DNA from: Leptogorgia sarmentosa
Taxonomy: Eukaryota
Length of the DNA: 64,000 bases
Assembly (NCBI GenBank): GCA_964658305.1
Contig: OZ210885.1
Coordinates: 11,966,001-12,030,000 of the forward strand
Reading direction: 5' to 3'
Each line of letters starts with the position of its first letter. Positions within the stretch are counted from its first letter, which is position 1. Under the pieces are notes generated by a model, which worked only from the letters and a program-made list of their open reading frames with translations, ran no database searches and was not told where the DNA came from. A program made the translations under genes and the position numbers. Below, in pieces: positions 12,239 to 24,700 of this stretch.

Positions 12239-13093
12239 GGGCAGCAGGCGGAGTGAACGCCTGCGTGGGCGTCTTGTTAATTCTAATACCGTTCTGCAGC
12301 AAAGGAGGTGGACCAAAGTCTTAATTGATTGTATCGATTCAAATATGTAATATGATCGCCGATTTCCTGTTACTGTTTACGGGAATCAGCTTAGTGCACG
12401 CGGTTTGCACACTGAATTTGGCAAGTTGCGATGCAGGAAAGAAAGTTGGATTGAATATTTTTCTGAATATATATTCATATTAATCATAAGTGACACATAG
12501 TTCAACAGACAAAAGTTTCGGCTAAAAATTAATCTCAAACCGAAGATGCAGTAATCTGTTTTCCCAAAGTTATAGAGAATCATGGTTGGATTGGGTATTT
12601 TATTGACTCTACATAACTCGGAAAATATATTAGATCCGAGCTTCGGAATACATTTTGAAACCTATATAATCACAATCGTGCCATCGATAGTATAATTATC
12701 CACTTATTATATAGAATGAAAAACTCCGGCGATCGTTTCTACCTAACGTGTTAACAGAATCAAAATTTGTACGACTGTCACGAAAATGTTGCCCAATTCA
12801 TGATTACGGAAAAGATGGCGGGTAAAATTTTCGATTGTATGCACTGTTGCAAAAATTTTAAGAAAATGCCAAGAAAACTTTAATGACGTAAAATTTTGAC
12901 TTGATGAACCTATCTTGAGATTTTCATTCAACAAACGCAGGGGACGTGCTTTTCAAGACGTACATCCGCCATCTTTTCCGTAATAATTGATTGACGTCTT
13001 CCCTGCGTACAATTCACTGGGAACTCTTCGTTTTTAAATAAGTTCTGTGTTGTGTTCGGAATATTTTTGTTGTGAGAAGCCACATCTTGTGGC

Positions 13094-16000
13094 TTATATG
13101 AAGTACTCCTTGAGATCAGAACGTTCTTTCCAATCACATGACCTGACAATTCTATGTACTTCATGAGGAAGATTGGGGAAAAGTTTTAGAAAGTACTCCT
13201 GGGGACTTCCCACAATGTAAAATTCTTCCGGTCGTAGCCTTGGACGTTCCTGCCAGTGTTGGGCGACATTTCTGATAAATCTCAAACAGTCCGTCCTGGT
13301 TGGTTTATAGGAAAATGTTTTTTTCTTTGAAAAATCGGTTGATAAATATTTCTGTACTTCGGGTGTTATTTCATTTTGCCAATCTTTTCCATCTACATTT
13401 AACTTCATCACGACATTAGACGTAACATCCCCAGACTTTATCTCAGGCTCGTTTCCCACTTTACACAGCATTTCAAACTGTCGTTCAGCGGACTCAACAT
13501 ACGGGTGTTTTAAAGCTTCTCTGGCCGACGGTCTATCGCAGGGATCATGACTTAGCATCCAGGTTATTAAATCCTTTGCGACATCATCTGTCAAGGTATC
13601 TAAGCCGACTGGATTGCCATCACGTAAATTGCGAAGTCGGTCTACTTTTGATCCAAAAGCATATCCACCTTTTGTCAGAATGTGAAATGCAATCATTCCT
13701 GCCACCTAAGTATGAAAAAGACAAGAAAATTACAGTGACAACAGAATCATCGTGATAGCTAGAAAGGAAACTCCTCGCAGCGCAGAGCTTGTTACTCGCT
13801 TCTATTGGTTCCGAACGCGAAGGAAAAACCATGCATGAGAACGTGGTCAAGAAAATATTGCAGAGCATTATTTTGATGTCTATGTTCTACATACACCCAG
13901 AATACCGGGTAGCTCAGAAAAAGTACTGTTTGATTCAAACACTACAAGTGATATTACACTCAAACACTACAAGTGATATTACACTCAAACAAGTAGCATT
14001 TACCTAGTTCAGTAATGTCTAACTTAAATTTTGGTATATGCCAACCACAGTTTAACTCATGTTTTGCGAAATATTTGGGTTTGAAAATAAGTGACCATTT
14101 TTAAAAATGTCGAAAATTGGCTAAAAACAGCCAATTTAGCAACGCTAATTTTGACAACATGGGCCACCAATTTTCTTTTTGTAAACGGAGTGATTTCCAT
14201 TGGCATCCTTGTTCTCCTAACTTAACTGTGTGGGATTTTTTCCCCTGGGGCTTCTTGAAGCATAAAATCTGCAACGTGTCTCCTGATCAAGAACCGAAAA
14301 ATTTGAGGGAGCTTCGTAACGAGATTGTAACAGCATGTCGCAATCTGGATGCCCAGATCATCCGAAATTCCTTCGACTGTATGTTCACACCAGCAACAAG
14401 TAGTATTAACAGCAGTCGGTGATGACAACCATTTTACAATACGCGACAGAGATTTCTCTTCGTTCGAGCAAGTGCTCGATGGACAAGCAAAACAACTCCA
14501 TATAATAGCGGCCGAACAAAGCGTGACAAGTATAATTTATTTAAATTTTTTCATGTATATTATTAACAAGTAATAGTATGGTTTCTCATGCAATTTGGAA
14601 AAACATACACTCGTGAGTTTTTCAAAGACTTCAAATTTCACTCGTCCTTCGGACTCGTGCAATTTTGAATGTCTTTTGAAAAACTCACTGGTGCATGTTT
14701 TTTCCAAATTGCACTCGAAACCATACTATTACCTATACTAAGTATAGGTAATTGCATGGGGCCGAGTAAAATTAAGGATGGGGCAATTTCTGAAACTTTG
14801 AAAACACGCGTGAAATTAATCCTTAATTTTACGAGGACCCAATGCGATTACATGTTGATCATATATTGAAGATAAGATCTATTCAAACATAAATCGCTAG
14901 AAATTGAAATTTGCATGTCAACTTTAGGTTTTAGATTCGGCACATCGAGCGGCACTATATAGTTATTAATGTCACTTAAAAACGTTGGGAAATGAAATAA
15001 ACGATATACAAATTAATTAAACGACAGGTTTATTCAAAATTGTTTAAATATTTACCAAATTGCTTGAAACTAACTCAATTTGTCGATTTCACACGCGAAA
15101 AATACTGCGAGGAAGCCATTAGTCCGACATGAAGTCAACACAAAAACATTCTGAAAATTCAGCCAATCAGGGCCAAGTAATTCGGCTCTCCGAATTAAGA
15201 AAAAAATGCCCTCGTCATTACCCAATCAGGTTCTAGTAATTTTGCCCTCTATATGATTATACATTCAATAGGCTGTTTTTTGCTAATTTTCGACATTTTT
15301 GAAAATGTTTATTGATTTTCAAAACTTTGGTTTTATCTCGGCAGAAAATGCGTTAATCTGTGCATGGGACATATCACAATTTACTTTAAGCATTACTGAA
15401 CGAAATGCAACTTATTCGAGTGTAATTTTGGGAGGCCACCCAGTAGAAAATTGAAGAATTAAAGAAAGGGAGTATTTTGATCCATATTTTTGGACATTTC
15501 TAAAAGGTAATGTATATAATTGCACTGAAATTTTTACGCATGTGACCTTTTACACATTCCATAACTAGTAGCGTTATGGTCATCGTAACCCTCCAGATGT
15601 CCATGCAGTGATCTTATTTTGTAGGTAATGTAAGTTATGCTGGTGATTGTACCAGGACCTACCTGAATGTCCGATTCCTTTTTGTAACGTACATTTCCAG
15701 ATGTGCTATCGTCCTTCGTGGTTGTGAATGGGCAGGATTCCACAGCTTTCCAATCTTCCGTTCCTCTGGACTCGCTCAAATGGGTTTTCGCATCTGCCTG
15801 TAAGATCCGACTGATACCAAAGTCTGCCAGCAACCAATTACCCTGGACGTTTCTCAAGATATTAGAGGGTTTCAAATCACGATGTAAAATAGGCTTTGGA
15901 TCTCGATGGATGTCAGCTAGACCTCTTAAAACTTGCTGAATGATTTCTGGTGCAACACTTTGTAGGTCAGCCAAAGAACTGCGGTTAATGAAATCTTGTA

Positions 16001-16391
16001 ATGTTTCTTCACATAAATCCAATATTAAAAATAAGTATTCCTCGTCACTTTGTTCATCTAAAAACCAATAATTCACTACATACTTCGAGTCTACTGCGTT
16101 GATTTCGTTCAAAATTTCTTTTTCTTTTTCAGCTATATGAAAGCAGGCATCTCTGTGCAAACGTTTTACGGCTTTTTCGACTCCGTCTTCTCCAACACCG
16201 ACATAAACGTGAGTGCCTAGACTTCCTATAGCGATGAGAAATTCCTTTGAGCAACAAACACGAACTCCGTTAACCTTCTGAATTCTTTCCGGATGATTTT
16301 TTGCATATTCACGCAACTTGATCAATTTTTCACGATGAATTACTGATTTCTCTTGCCATTTCCAGAACTCTAGAAGTGAGAGAAGAGACAT
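13094..16391 (-). CDS. IRE1/RNase L-like Ser/Thr kinase plus KEN endoribonuclease, about 446 aa; coding exons 16391-15663 and 13705-13094
   Basis: Kinase motifs IAIGSLGTHVYVG, AVKRL, HRDLKPSNIL, LADFGISR, GTEDWKAVE, SDIQ|VAGMIAFHILTKGGYAFG; KEN motif DCLRFIRNVAQHW; phase-0 GT-AG intron 15662-13706; likely 5'UTR intron about 16511-16441. Confidence 0.92.
13903..15444 (+). mobile_element. Degenerate Tc1/mariner element in the kinase-KEN intron, itself carrying hairpin-type insertions
   Basis: Ends TACCGGGTAGCTCAGAAAA and TTTTGGGAGGCCACCCAGTA; WHPCSPNLTVWDFFPWGFLKHKI matches the WPPRSPDLTPxDFFLWGYLK motif. Confidence 0.75.
14566..14738. repeat. Palindromic MITE/element end
   Basis: Arms TAATAGTATGGTTTC..TGCAATTTGGAAAAACAT and their reverse complement around CACTCGTCCTTCGGACTCGTG. 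Confidence 0.8.
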
Positions 16392-16744
16392 TTGAAGAGA
16401 TTTTTCGAAATGCTTGTATTTAAGGAAATGAACGCATTAACTGCAAATACTAGTACTGCTTCAGGTAAAATTAGACATGTTAATTATACATGTAGCAACC
16501 ACTCGCCTTACCAACCATATAGCGCTTATAGATTTTTGTAATAGCGACCTGTCAATCTATATAACTTCTCTATATTTTTCTGAAGAATATCGGTTTGAAT
16601 CCTCTTTTAGTCGCCGAATTTTATAATTTACAAAGCATCTGCCATTTGGGCTCTGCAGAAGTAACACAGAGACCCTTACATGTACACGGTGCAATTTGCC
16701 TGCAAGTTTAAATTCGTATTAAAAAAGAGAATATCTATGATATA

Positions 16745-17190
16745 TACCGGGTGGCGCAGAAAAAAGTTTACGCGTTTGATTTAGTAAGTGAAGAAAGCAT
16801 AAGCGCTACATCGTTCAAATAAATTTAGCTGAATTCATAAAAGCCTAACTTAAATTTTGATGTATAATACATGTATTTTCGTAAAGTATTACTCAAGATA
16901 TTAGCATTTCAATTTGCAACTGCATTTTTAAAATGTCCCAAAATTAACTAAAAGTTTTTATCACCGTTGGTTTACTCGGACAGGGAACGTGAACGTTACC
17001 CCAATAAATTGGCCAACGGCGTATAACCTGTTCAGCATTATTTACAGTAGCATATTGTAAGCAAACCCAAACTCGTTGTTGAATGATTAAACGAGGCATG
17101 TTTACAAGCAGAAAGCTTAAATTCGTTCGAAATTCTTCCTCGCAAGCGCGAGTTAAATTCAATTTCCAAAAGGACAATTTCCCAAGGGAC
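16745..17190 (-). mobile_element. Tc1/mariner remnant (DUF4817-like HTH N-terminus)
   Basis: Terminus TACCGGGTGGCGCAGAAAAAAG; MPRLIIQQRVWVCLQYATVNNAEQVIRRW..PSKPTVIKTF. Confidence 0.6.
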
Positions 17191-17367
17191 AAAATTTACC
17201 TTTTTCAAAATTTTGTTGCTTTTTCAATAATAATAAAATAAATAAATATTTAGAGAAAGCTTCGTAACAACGTTTTTAATCAAACTGAAATCATACAAGC
17301 GACTAGGTAATTGAGAAAATTCTAAAATTTATGTATAATATGTATAAAATGGATTCCGTATATATAT

Positions 17368-17662
17368 TTAACAATTAGATTACTCGCTCGAAATTTCTAT
17401 GAGGTGATATAGTTGATGAGGGCGAAGCCCGAATCAACTATCATCTCGTAGAAATCGAGAGCGAGTAATCTAATTGTTTTAGTAGAATCAGAGATCAAAC
17501 ATGAAAATATTGCAAAAAATAATTTAAAAACGCGTCTCAGAAGACATTTTCTTTAACGAAAATTCACATATTTCGCTACTCGCTATCTATCGAGGAATAG
17601 ATATCGAGTAGAGTAGCCAATTAAATTGCAGCATTTGCAATAGTATACGAGTATGATTCTAC

Positions 17663-17665
<3 letters not shown>
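17368..17665. mobile_element. Element with terminal palindrome (17368-17485) and distal CCAAT end
   Basis: AACAATTAGATTACTCGCTCG ... GAGGGCGAAGCCCGAA ... CGAGAGCGAGTAATCTAATTGTT. Confidence 0.75.

Positions 17666-17758
<93 letters not shown>
17666..17758. repeat. (TA)n microsatellite
   Basis: Pure TA run of about 90 bp at the 3' end of the Penelope element. Confidence 0.98.
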
Positions 17759-17759
<1 letters not shown>

Positions 17760-17761
<2 letters not shown>

Positions 17762-19770
17762 CTAATAAAAGATAAGCTAAAATAAACTTGGTTCACTCCA
17801 TAAGATTTTATTCACTACAAATTTGTTTCGTATGACAAGCAATGCTTGCCACACTCATCAGATGAATTTAAATGTCGCGCTATGTTGTTGCCAAGGTTAT
17901 ATATACTATATACATGTTTGATCGACGTAAACGGAATGCTCAAGTATTAGATTACATTTTGATTATATATACAGATTATATTAAGTAATGTATATTACTT
18001 AAGAGAAATTTGTTTCTATGCCTGCATTTCGATAAAAGTTCGCTTCTTGAATTTAAAGAACAAAGTTCAGGGTGGTAAATTATAATGAATTCCTCATGTG
18101 TACAAAGACTGCATCGTTTTGTTGTGTTGTTGTAGCTCTTGCATTGTTTAATAATACGCCAGCTTATAGGGTACATGACCTTTGACTCTTTAAGTTTCCA
18201 GATGTGTATTTGCTTAGCTCTGTCGCATTTCTCTACTTGCTTAATCTGAATGGGCTAGTGTGACAATTGTATCTTGTCTTGAACTCTCCTTCCGTGTGTC
18301 CGACACACGATTCCTTTATGTTCGTATCGTTCCTAACAACTGTTGCTTGGTATACTACGCTGGATGTTAGACATTTTCCAGACAGTGGACATGAGGATTT
18401 ATTCTTGCAATTGCATAGTCTTGGTTTCGTGCTGCATGCAGTCGTCGCATCTGTTGAGGTACGCTTATTTACTACCGATTTATTGTGGCCAGAAATTATA
18501 TTACGGATGTTCGGCATGCAACTGTAACTTAGCTTCAAGGTGTTTCTGTTGAATATTTTGTGTAGAGAGTTGTTTTTAGGAAAGCAATGATCAATTGCTT
18601 GAAGGAATTTATGACCGATATTCGTTTTGACATTTGAGTTATAAGGTGGATTAAACCATATAACGTTTCTGTTTCTAGTGCGTTTAGTCTTTGTCTGCCG
18701 TGGGTTGTATTTTACCTTGTAGTTGTAACCACTTTTATGTAAGGCATGTTGGTATGGGGGACAAGCTGAATCAAATGCTTGTTCGTCAGACGAGATGTTG
18801 GACAACTGGAATTGCCTTTAAAACCGCGGGTGGGTGATTGCTCTGACGATAAACATTTTGGAGCGTATTGCCTGGTTTCATGTATGGTTTGAATGACGAA
18901 TCTCTTAGGTCGAATGTGACATCTAAGTAATTGACACATTTTTTGTTGGCTTCGATTGTGATCTTTAAATTGTTTTCATTAAAAGTTTTGCAAATCTGTT
19001 TCTTGATGTTTTCTATTACTCTCGGTTTTTCATCAAACGCTGCAAGGCCATCATCTCTATAAAGACCAATATCATTTCTATATTCTGGAGGGAGTTTGGA
19101 TAGTAGGAATAAGCCAACTAGTTCGCATGTTTCTGCACCATCAAAACAGCCCATCGTTACATCAAAGAGGCTATCTGACTCTTTCTTGCACCAAGTTTCC
19201 TTTCCGCTGAAAAGAACTGATTTCTTTGCTTGCATTATTATGTGTTTCTCCTCATTCGTGATGGTGTTGAACTGGGAAGCAAAGGTCAAGGCATTGAGAA
19301 GTAGTTCTTCGGAGATGGATGGGTAAAAATCTACAATGTCGAAACAAATGAACGAACGGGATGTCTTGTTAGGTAAATTCTTAAACCATGAAATAACAGA
19401 GCTCGTATTTTTCCATTGGTTTACGTTAGTATGGGCCAAAATATTTGAATTGATTCTTTGCAGGAGTTGTTTGCTGATGACGCCGATTTCTGATTTAGAA
19501 GGGTTGATTAGCCTGCAGGTTGGATTGTTCTGAAAATTCGGTATGTGGTCTTTCAATGTTACGAAACTTTCTTTGGGTGCAAATGCGTCGATTCGGCTGG
19601 CAAGTTCAAGATCCTCAGCTATAATCTTTTCCTCATTTGTTATAATAGAGGTTATGTTGGCGCTAGCTTTCTTGTAGGACTTCGTTATAGCATTATCAAG
19701 CAATTTGTCGTATGAAGGGGTGTCTAACTTGTAAAAGTTTGTTGTCTTATCTGCGGATACTAAAACTTTA
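17760..19770 (-). mobile_element. Penelope-like retroelement (RT plus GIY-YIG endonuclease), 5'-truncated and frameshifted
   Basis: RT: ICFDIVDFYPSI, VTMGCFDGAETCELVG, LYRDDGL, VNYLDVTFDL; linker WFNPPYNSNVKTNIG; C-terminal CPLSGKCLTSSVVYQATV..VGHTEGEFKTRY and CSLCTHE..LNSRSELLSKCRH. Confidence 0.95.
17810..17867 (-). ncRNA. Minimal type I hammerhead ribozyme in the Penelope 3' region
   Basis: Minus strand AUUCAU-CUGAUGA-GUGUGGCAAGC-AUU-GCUUGUCAUAC-GAA-ACAAAUUUGU-A-GUGAAU: intact core boxes, 11-bp stem II, palindromic stem III, GUA cleavage triplet, stem I AUUCAU/GUGAAU. Confidence 0.88.
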
Positions 19771-19828
19771 TACTAAACTGAACTCTCCAGTTCAAGACAA
19801 GGTACAATTGTCACACTAGCTCATTCAG

Positions 19829-20446
19829 TGTTAGTGCCAAAAATATGTATATTGTTTATGTTTAAGATAGTTATGGATATTTATTTAAATTTAGGAATCT
19901 ATTTGCATGTCATGTAATATAATCAAAAAATTCATTTAGCATGTCGGGAACTAACAGATAAGATAACAAACATTTTTAGATAATTATTGCATGACAGAGT
20001 GAGTGACAGTTAGAGAGTGAGGGTGCGAGTGAAATAGTCACGAAAAGAGAGAAGCGAGTTAATTGGACCGTGAGAGTGAGTGAGAGAGTGTGGCAACGAA
20101 CCGTGAGATCTAGAGTATATAGCCCGTGCGCTATCCGTTTAGTGAGAATCAATTTATAACTTTAGTATATTAATTTCGAAATATAAACATTTAAAAAACC
20201 TCACTTTCAGCAAATTGTGATTTTGTCGAGGACTACGAATTAGGAGGCAATTCTCGACATAGCGATTAACGTACACCGAAATAAGAACCTAGCTTTCCAC
20301 CGATTTGTACTATAGTAACAACGTTTTTTGTACCGTACTGTGTTATCAACGAATAAAATAAGAATAATACAAACGAGTACAAAGTGTTGTTTCGGTTCAT
20401 CCCTGCCGGTGTCGAGCTAACATATTATCGCAGATTCGCACCGACA
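19829..20446 (+). mobile_element. Solo LTR, 618 bp
   Basis: TGT...ACA termini; 5-bp TSD TTCAG (19824-19828 and 20447-20451); internal TATATA and AATAAA. Confidence 0.85.
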
Positions 20447-20547
20447 TTCAGATTAAGCAAGTACAGAAATGCGACAGAGCTAAGCAAATACATCTGGAAA
20501 CTTAAAGAGTCAAAGGTCATGTACTCTATAAGCTGGCGTATTATTAA

Positions 20548-20699
20548 AGCCCCCTTTACACAACCAAATTTTCTTTGCCGAATTTCATTTGCAAAAGGGG
20601 TTTTGACCATGTAAACGAGGTCGTTATGACAAATTTACATTCAAAATACATTTGACACATGAAATTTGTCAAAGAACATTTGGTCGTGTGAAACGGGCT
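20548..20699. mobile_element. Harbinger-type MITE
   Basis: TIR AGCCCCCTTTACACAACCAAAT / ATTTGGTCGTGTGAAACGGGCT; TAA TSD on both sides. Confidence 0.85.
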
Positions 20700-20706
20700 T
20701 AAACAA

Positions 20707-20986
20707 CCAGGTGATCTCGATACACGGAAAAGGACTGGGACTAGCTGTCAAATAGAAATCCATTTTTCGACCGAAACAACTGAATATCTCTCATAATATA
20801 CTTTATTTCGATTCCATATTTTTGTCAGAGCTATAGTTCTCATAACCAAACATAATTACAAAATTTCAAGTAGTTTCGTACAGAATAACGAAAGATATAA
20901 TCGTGTGAATATAGCAAAATGGATTTCTATTCGGGCAACCCTTTCTGAGCGCTGATTGGCTGAAACACGAATGCGAGATCATCTGG
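20707..20986. mobile_element. Short-TIR element with 2-bp TSD (possibly EnSpm/CACTA-type)
   Basis: CCAGGTGATCTCG / CGAGATCATCTGG; AA duplicated relative to the uninterrupted Penelope copy. Confidence 0.75.
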
Positions 20987-21361
20987 AATGCAAGAGCTAC
21001 AACAACACAACAAAACGATGCAGTCTTTGTACACATGAGGAATTCATTATAATTTACCACCCTGAACTTTGTTCTTTAAATTCAAGAAGCGAACTTTTAT
21101 CGAAATGCAGGCATAGAAACAAATTTCTCTTAAGTAATACATTACTTAATATAATCTGTATATATAATCAAAATCCGTTTACGTCAAACATGTATATAGT
21201 ATATATAACCTTGGCAACAACATAGCGCGACATTTAAATTCACCTGATGAGTGATGATTCCACAGGCGAGCGGCAAAGCGAATTTTTAACCGTTGCGAGC
21301 TGAAATATTAATAACTCGGATTATTCGACAATAGCACTGTTAAATCAAGTTTAACAAGCAG

Positions 21362-21599
21362 GGGCCGGTTGTAGGAAGCCCGTTTAACCTAAACGGCGGA
21401 TAAGCTGAAAAATAAAAACAAGTCTATTAATTCATTGAACAACAAAACTGAAAGTTTTCAACATGAACAGAACTCTATGACTGCCACTACGTATTTAGTC
21501 CATGAAATTTAAATTCATACGTTTACAAGAGTTGTGAGACGGTTATTAAATTTTGGCTTATCCACCGTTTAGGCTAAACGGGCTTTGTACAACCGGCCC
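21362..21599. mobile_element. Harbinger/Tourist-type MITE
   Basis: GGGCCGGTTGTAGGAAGCCCGTTTAACCTAAACGG / CCGTTTAGGCTAAACGGGCTTTGTACAACCGGCCC; CAG/CTG flanks. Confidence 0.85.
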
Positions 21600-21741
21600 C
21601 TGATTTAAAAGAACCGTCTCTGAATGTATATAACAAGCTTTATTACAGGCAGACATTTTTGTAAGACGTCTCCAACTAGTCTGATGATTACGATCAGAGA
21701 ATACAGTAGCTCGGAATTCACTTAGCAATATCGTGTTAATG

Positions 21742-24700
21742 TCAAAATATCGATTCCGAAGACGGATTATACAATACATACAAACCTAAAAAAACAGTTC
21801 CATGCAATGGTAATAATGCAATGGTAATAATGGACACATTTCTACGATATTTCCTTCTAACACCATGGCTCAAGGTCTTTTAATATGATACTAGGATTTT
21901 TCAAAACACGACTGAATCATCGTACGATCAACCGTGTCTGCGGTTGTTTCATGAAGATTATTCAACGAACACATATATTTTAAATAATTCAATGTGAAGA
22001 TCTTGATAAGTGAATACACAAGAAACGAAATGTCTACCGAATGACCTTGGATACATTTGCTACAACAGACTGACTGACTACTGACGCACTGGCTGAAGAA
22101 TGAAGAAGTCGCTTCAATGTTATCCTCACTGAATAACGTGTGCCGCATCACTATTGTGTTCATACCTTTTTCCTCCTCAAACTTCGAATAACACTTTTCT
22201 CTTTCCGTGACCTTCAGACGTTTTATCTCCTCCGAGTTCTGAACTATACTTTGCTCCACATTCTCCAGTATGCCGAGCCGTTTCGAGTGTATAATATCAA
22301 GTTTTTCCATCACCTCATTCACCTGCGATGAAACAAATATAATATACGACGTAAGAAAAAGAATTTTAAATATTTTGCTGCCAAGCAGTAGAAATACAAA
22401 TGTATAGTCGTCTTTATGGATAAGTCATACACGCTAATCATTTCTGTTGTGTGAAGAGACAATAACCAAATTTAAATAATACGGTATTTCGGAGTTAGGA
22501 AAGAAACTATTCAGCCATTAATTTTTAACTTTTTACCCAGCTAAACAACTACATGCCGGAATTACAGTTACTTGCCGAAATTTTACACAAGTTTTTATTT
22601 CGAGACGAAACATCGATCTCAATGACCTCATTCTTCTAGAGGAAGAGAGTAATAGTCGATAGTCGTGAATCTTCTAAGCAGCTCATGAACATAATAATTA
22701 TAGATTCCCGCAAATTGATGGCTCATTTCACGAACATTGGGGATATTTATAAAGTAAGAGAAAATTCTTTAATTTGTCTCAGAAGTAGTGGGAAGCGGTT
22801 GTCTGAAAATAGCAGATAATGTTTTTCAAATTTTGCCAAACATTTCAGCGACAGTGAACATTCCTATGTACATAGGTTTCCGGTATTATAGCGGATGTTG
22901 AAAACAAACTCGCAGTACGTCTGCTCAGACTGCTCTCTTCCGACAAGAATTCAGTAAGTAGTAGCTACTGTTGAATGTTCACTATTACCTCGCACTACTT
23001 TCCGTTTATTGAATATATATATGTTTTAAAAATATTGACTGAATGAGATTTGGGAACATTTCAAGCTCTCTTCCCGAGTCTTGCTTTGCCGGGTTCCTAA
23101 GGTACGAATGCAGTGATAGTTTGCGTGCTAATGTGTAACAGCACAAGCTGTATTCCATAAAAAGTGGAAAAAGAAGAAATATGTGAAATAAACAGTTTCA
23201 TGTAGATTTAAAATATCAATCTCAAGGGGAATAGAAATAACATTTTGCAAACACATAATTATGTACTAATATCGCCCTCCTGCGCATGCTAAAAATTCTC
23301 GATCTCCGGGCCACCTCAGCTTATAACAGAAAGTAAATAACAAACTGACAGCAAGCCAGGTTTACTGCTGCAGTTCGACTGATAAGTGCGAACATACCAT
23401 AGCTACTTAATACCGTATGTCGCGACAACTAGACGGAAAATTAGAAGTTCTCACACCTCTACATCTCCTTGCAGGTTCCAACTCTTAAGAAAACGGGAAA
23501 GGTCCGCTATACTTTGTGAAACTAGCGTTGCGTGACGACCATCAACACGAATGTCTGAAAATAACAAAAAGAAAACATCCTACAGTTAGTACTATGCACA
23601 AAAAAATGCTTGGCTTAGGAATTATTCACGGTAACCTTGTGTTTCTCTAGGGAGTTTGAACGAGTATTTTTTCAGAACAACCACCTGCTGACTTCAGTAA
23701 CGATTATTTTTTATATATATAATCTTTATTGATTTGTTTGCCTCAAAAGCTTTCGCTTATCAATGTGCTTATCAAGCAGTAACGAATTTACTGGTTCTTT
23801 ATTGGGTTGCATTGATACAATAATATTATTTACTCGACTGTCCATTTACATACGCGTTCTATGACGATTCGAAGCACCGTCCGGGCGTTAGCTCGGAGCG
23901 AGGGTAATAATTTCGCACGGCTATTTACACCCGGGTAACGGGAGAGCATAGCGGAGTGCAGAAATTTTTTTCGGGATCACTTTGCTCGGGAGCTACTGGG
24001 TCGAGAATATTATATGGCAATTCTGACTAAAAACAGAAAATATATATATGTTATTTACCAGCTGGGAGGTCCGTACTGGAAAATATTTTGTCGAGGTCTC
24101 AAAAACGGCCCGAGGCCGAAGGCCGAGGGACGTTTTTGAGACCGAGACAAAATATTTTCCAGTTCGGACCGACCTAAATGGTAAATAACTTATTTATTTT
24201 TTTTATGCTCGAAGCTATAATAAAACTCATAAGAAATTCCAGTGTTGCGAACTAGATTTGAGATCAGCTGTGTTTGTTTACTTTGCTACTCTATCGCAAG
24301 TGTGGCTGCTAAACAGCCAAGACGAAGTGAGAAAAAAACCGTCAATATTGACGCATTTGCTTCAATGTTGACGCTTTTCCACTCAACATTACTACGAAAA
24401 AGGTAAACTTACTGAAATTATTTATTTTCTCGTTCGTTTCACGATACAAACGTGGTTAAAATACGTTTTAGACACCGAAATATTTCGCCGAGAATGTTTT
24501 GTTTTGTTCATACTGTTATGACTTTGTTGATACTTATGAGTTTTTGTCGCTGTAAATACCCCCTAAAATATCCCTTAGCATAATAAAATGAACTTTCATG
24601 TGTTCTTTATCGCCTAAATTCGTTTTGAATGTTTTAAAAAGCGGCCATTAAATTTTAAAAAACAAAAACACTGACTATATTTGTATCTACGAGAATGCGA

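Larger units (their letters stand above)
19789..21252 (+). mobile_element. Inverted partial pLTR of the Penelope element, split by three insertions
   Basis: Segments 19789-19828, 20447-20547, 20700-20706 and 20987-21252 are the reverse complement of about 17852-18285; ends at CTGATGAGTG (5' half of the hammerhead). Confidence 0.88.

Noticed and set aside
16392..22166. Single fused HEPN-kinase-KEN protein
   Set aside because: Splicing the phase-1 donor at 22165 to the acceptor at 16441 is out of frame with the kinase and stops after about 23 codons; the HEPN gene has its own terminal exon and AATAAA. Not fully excluded without transcripts
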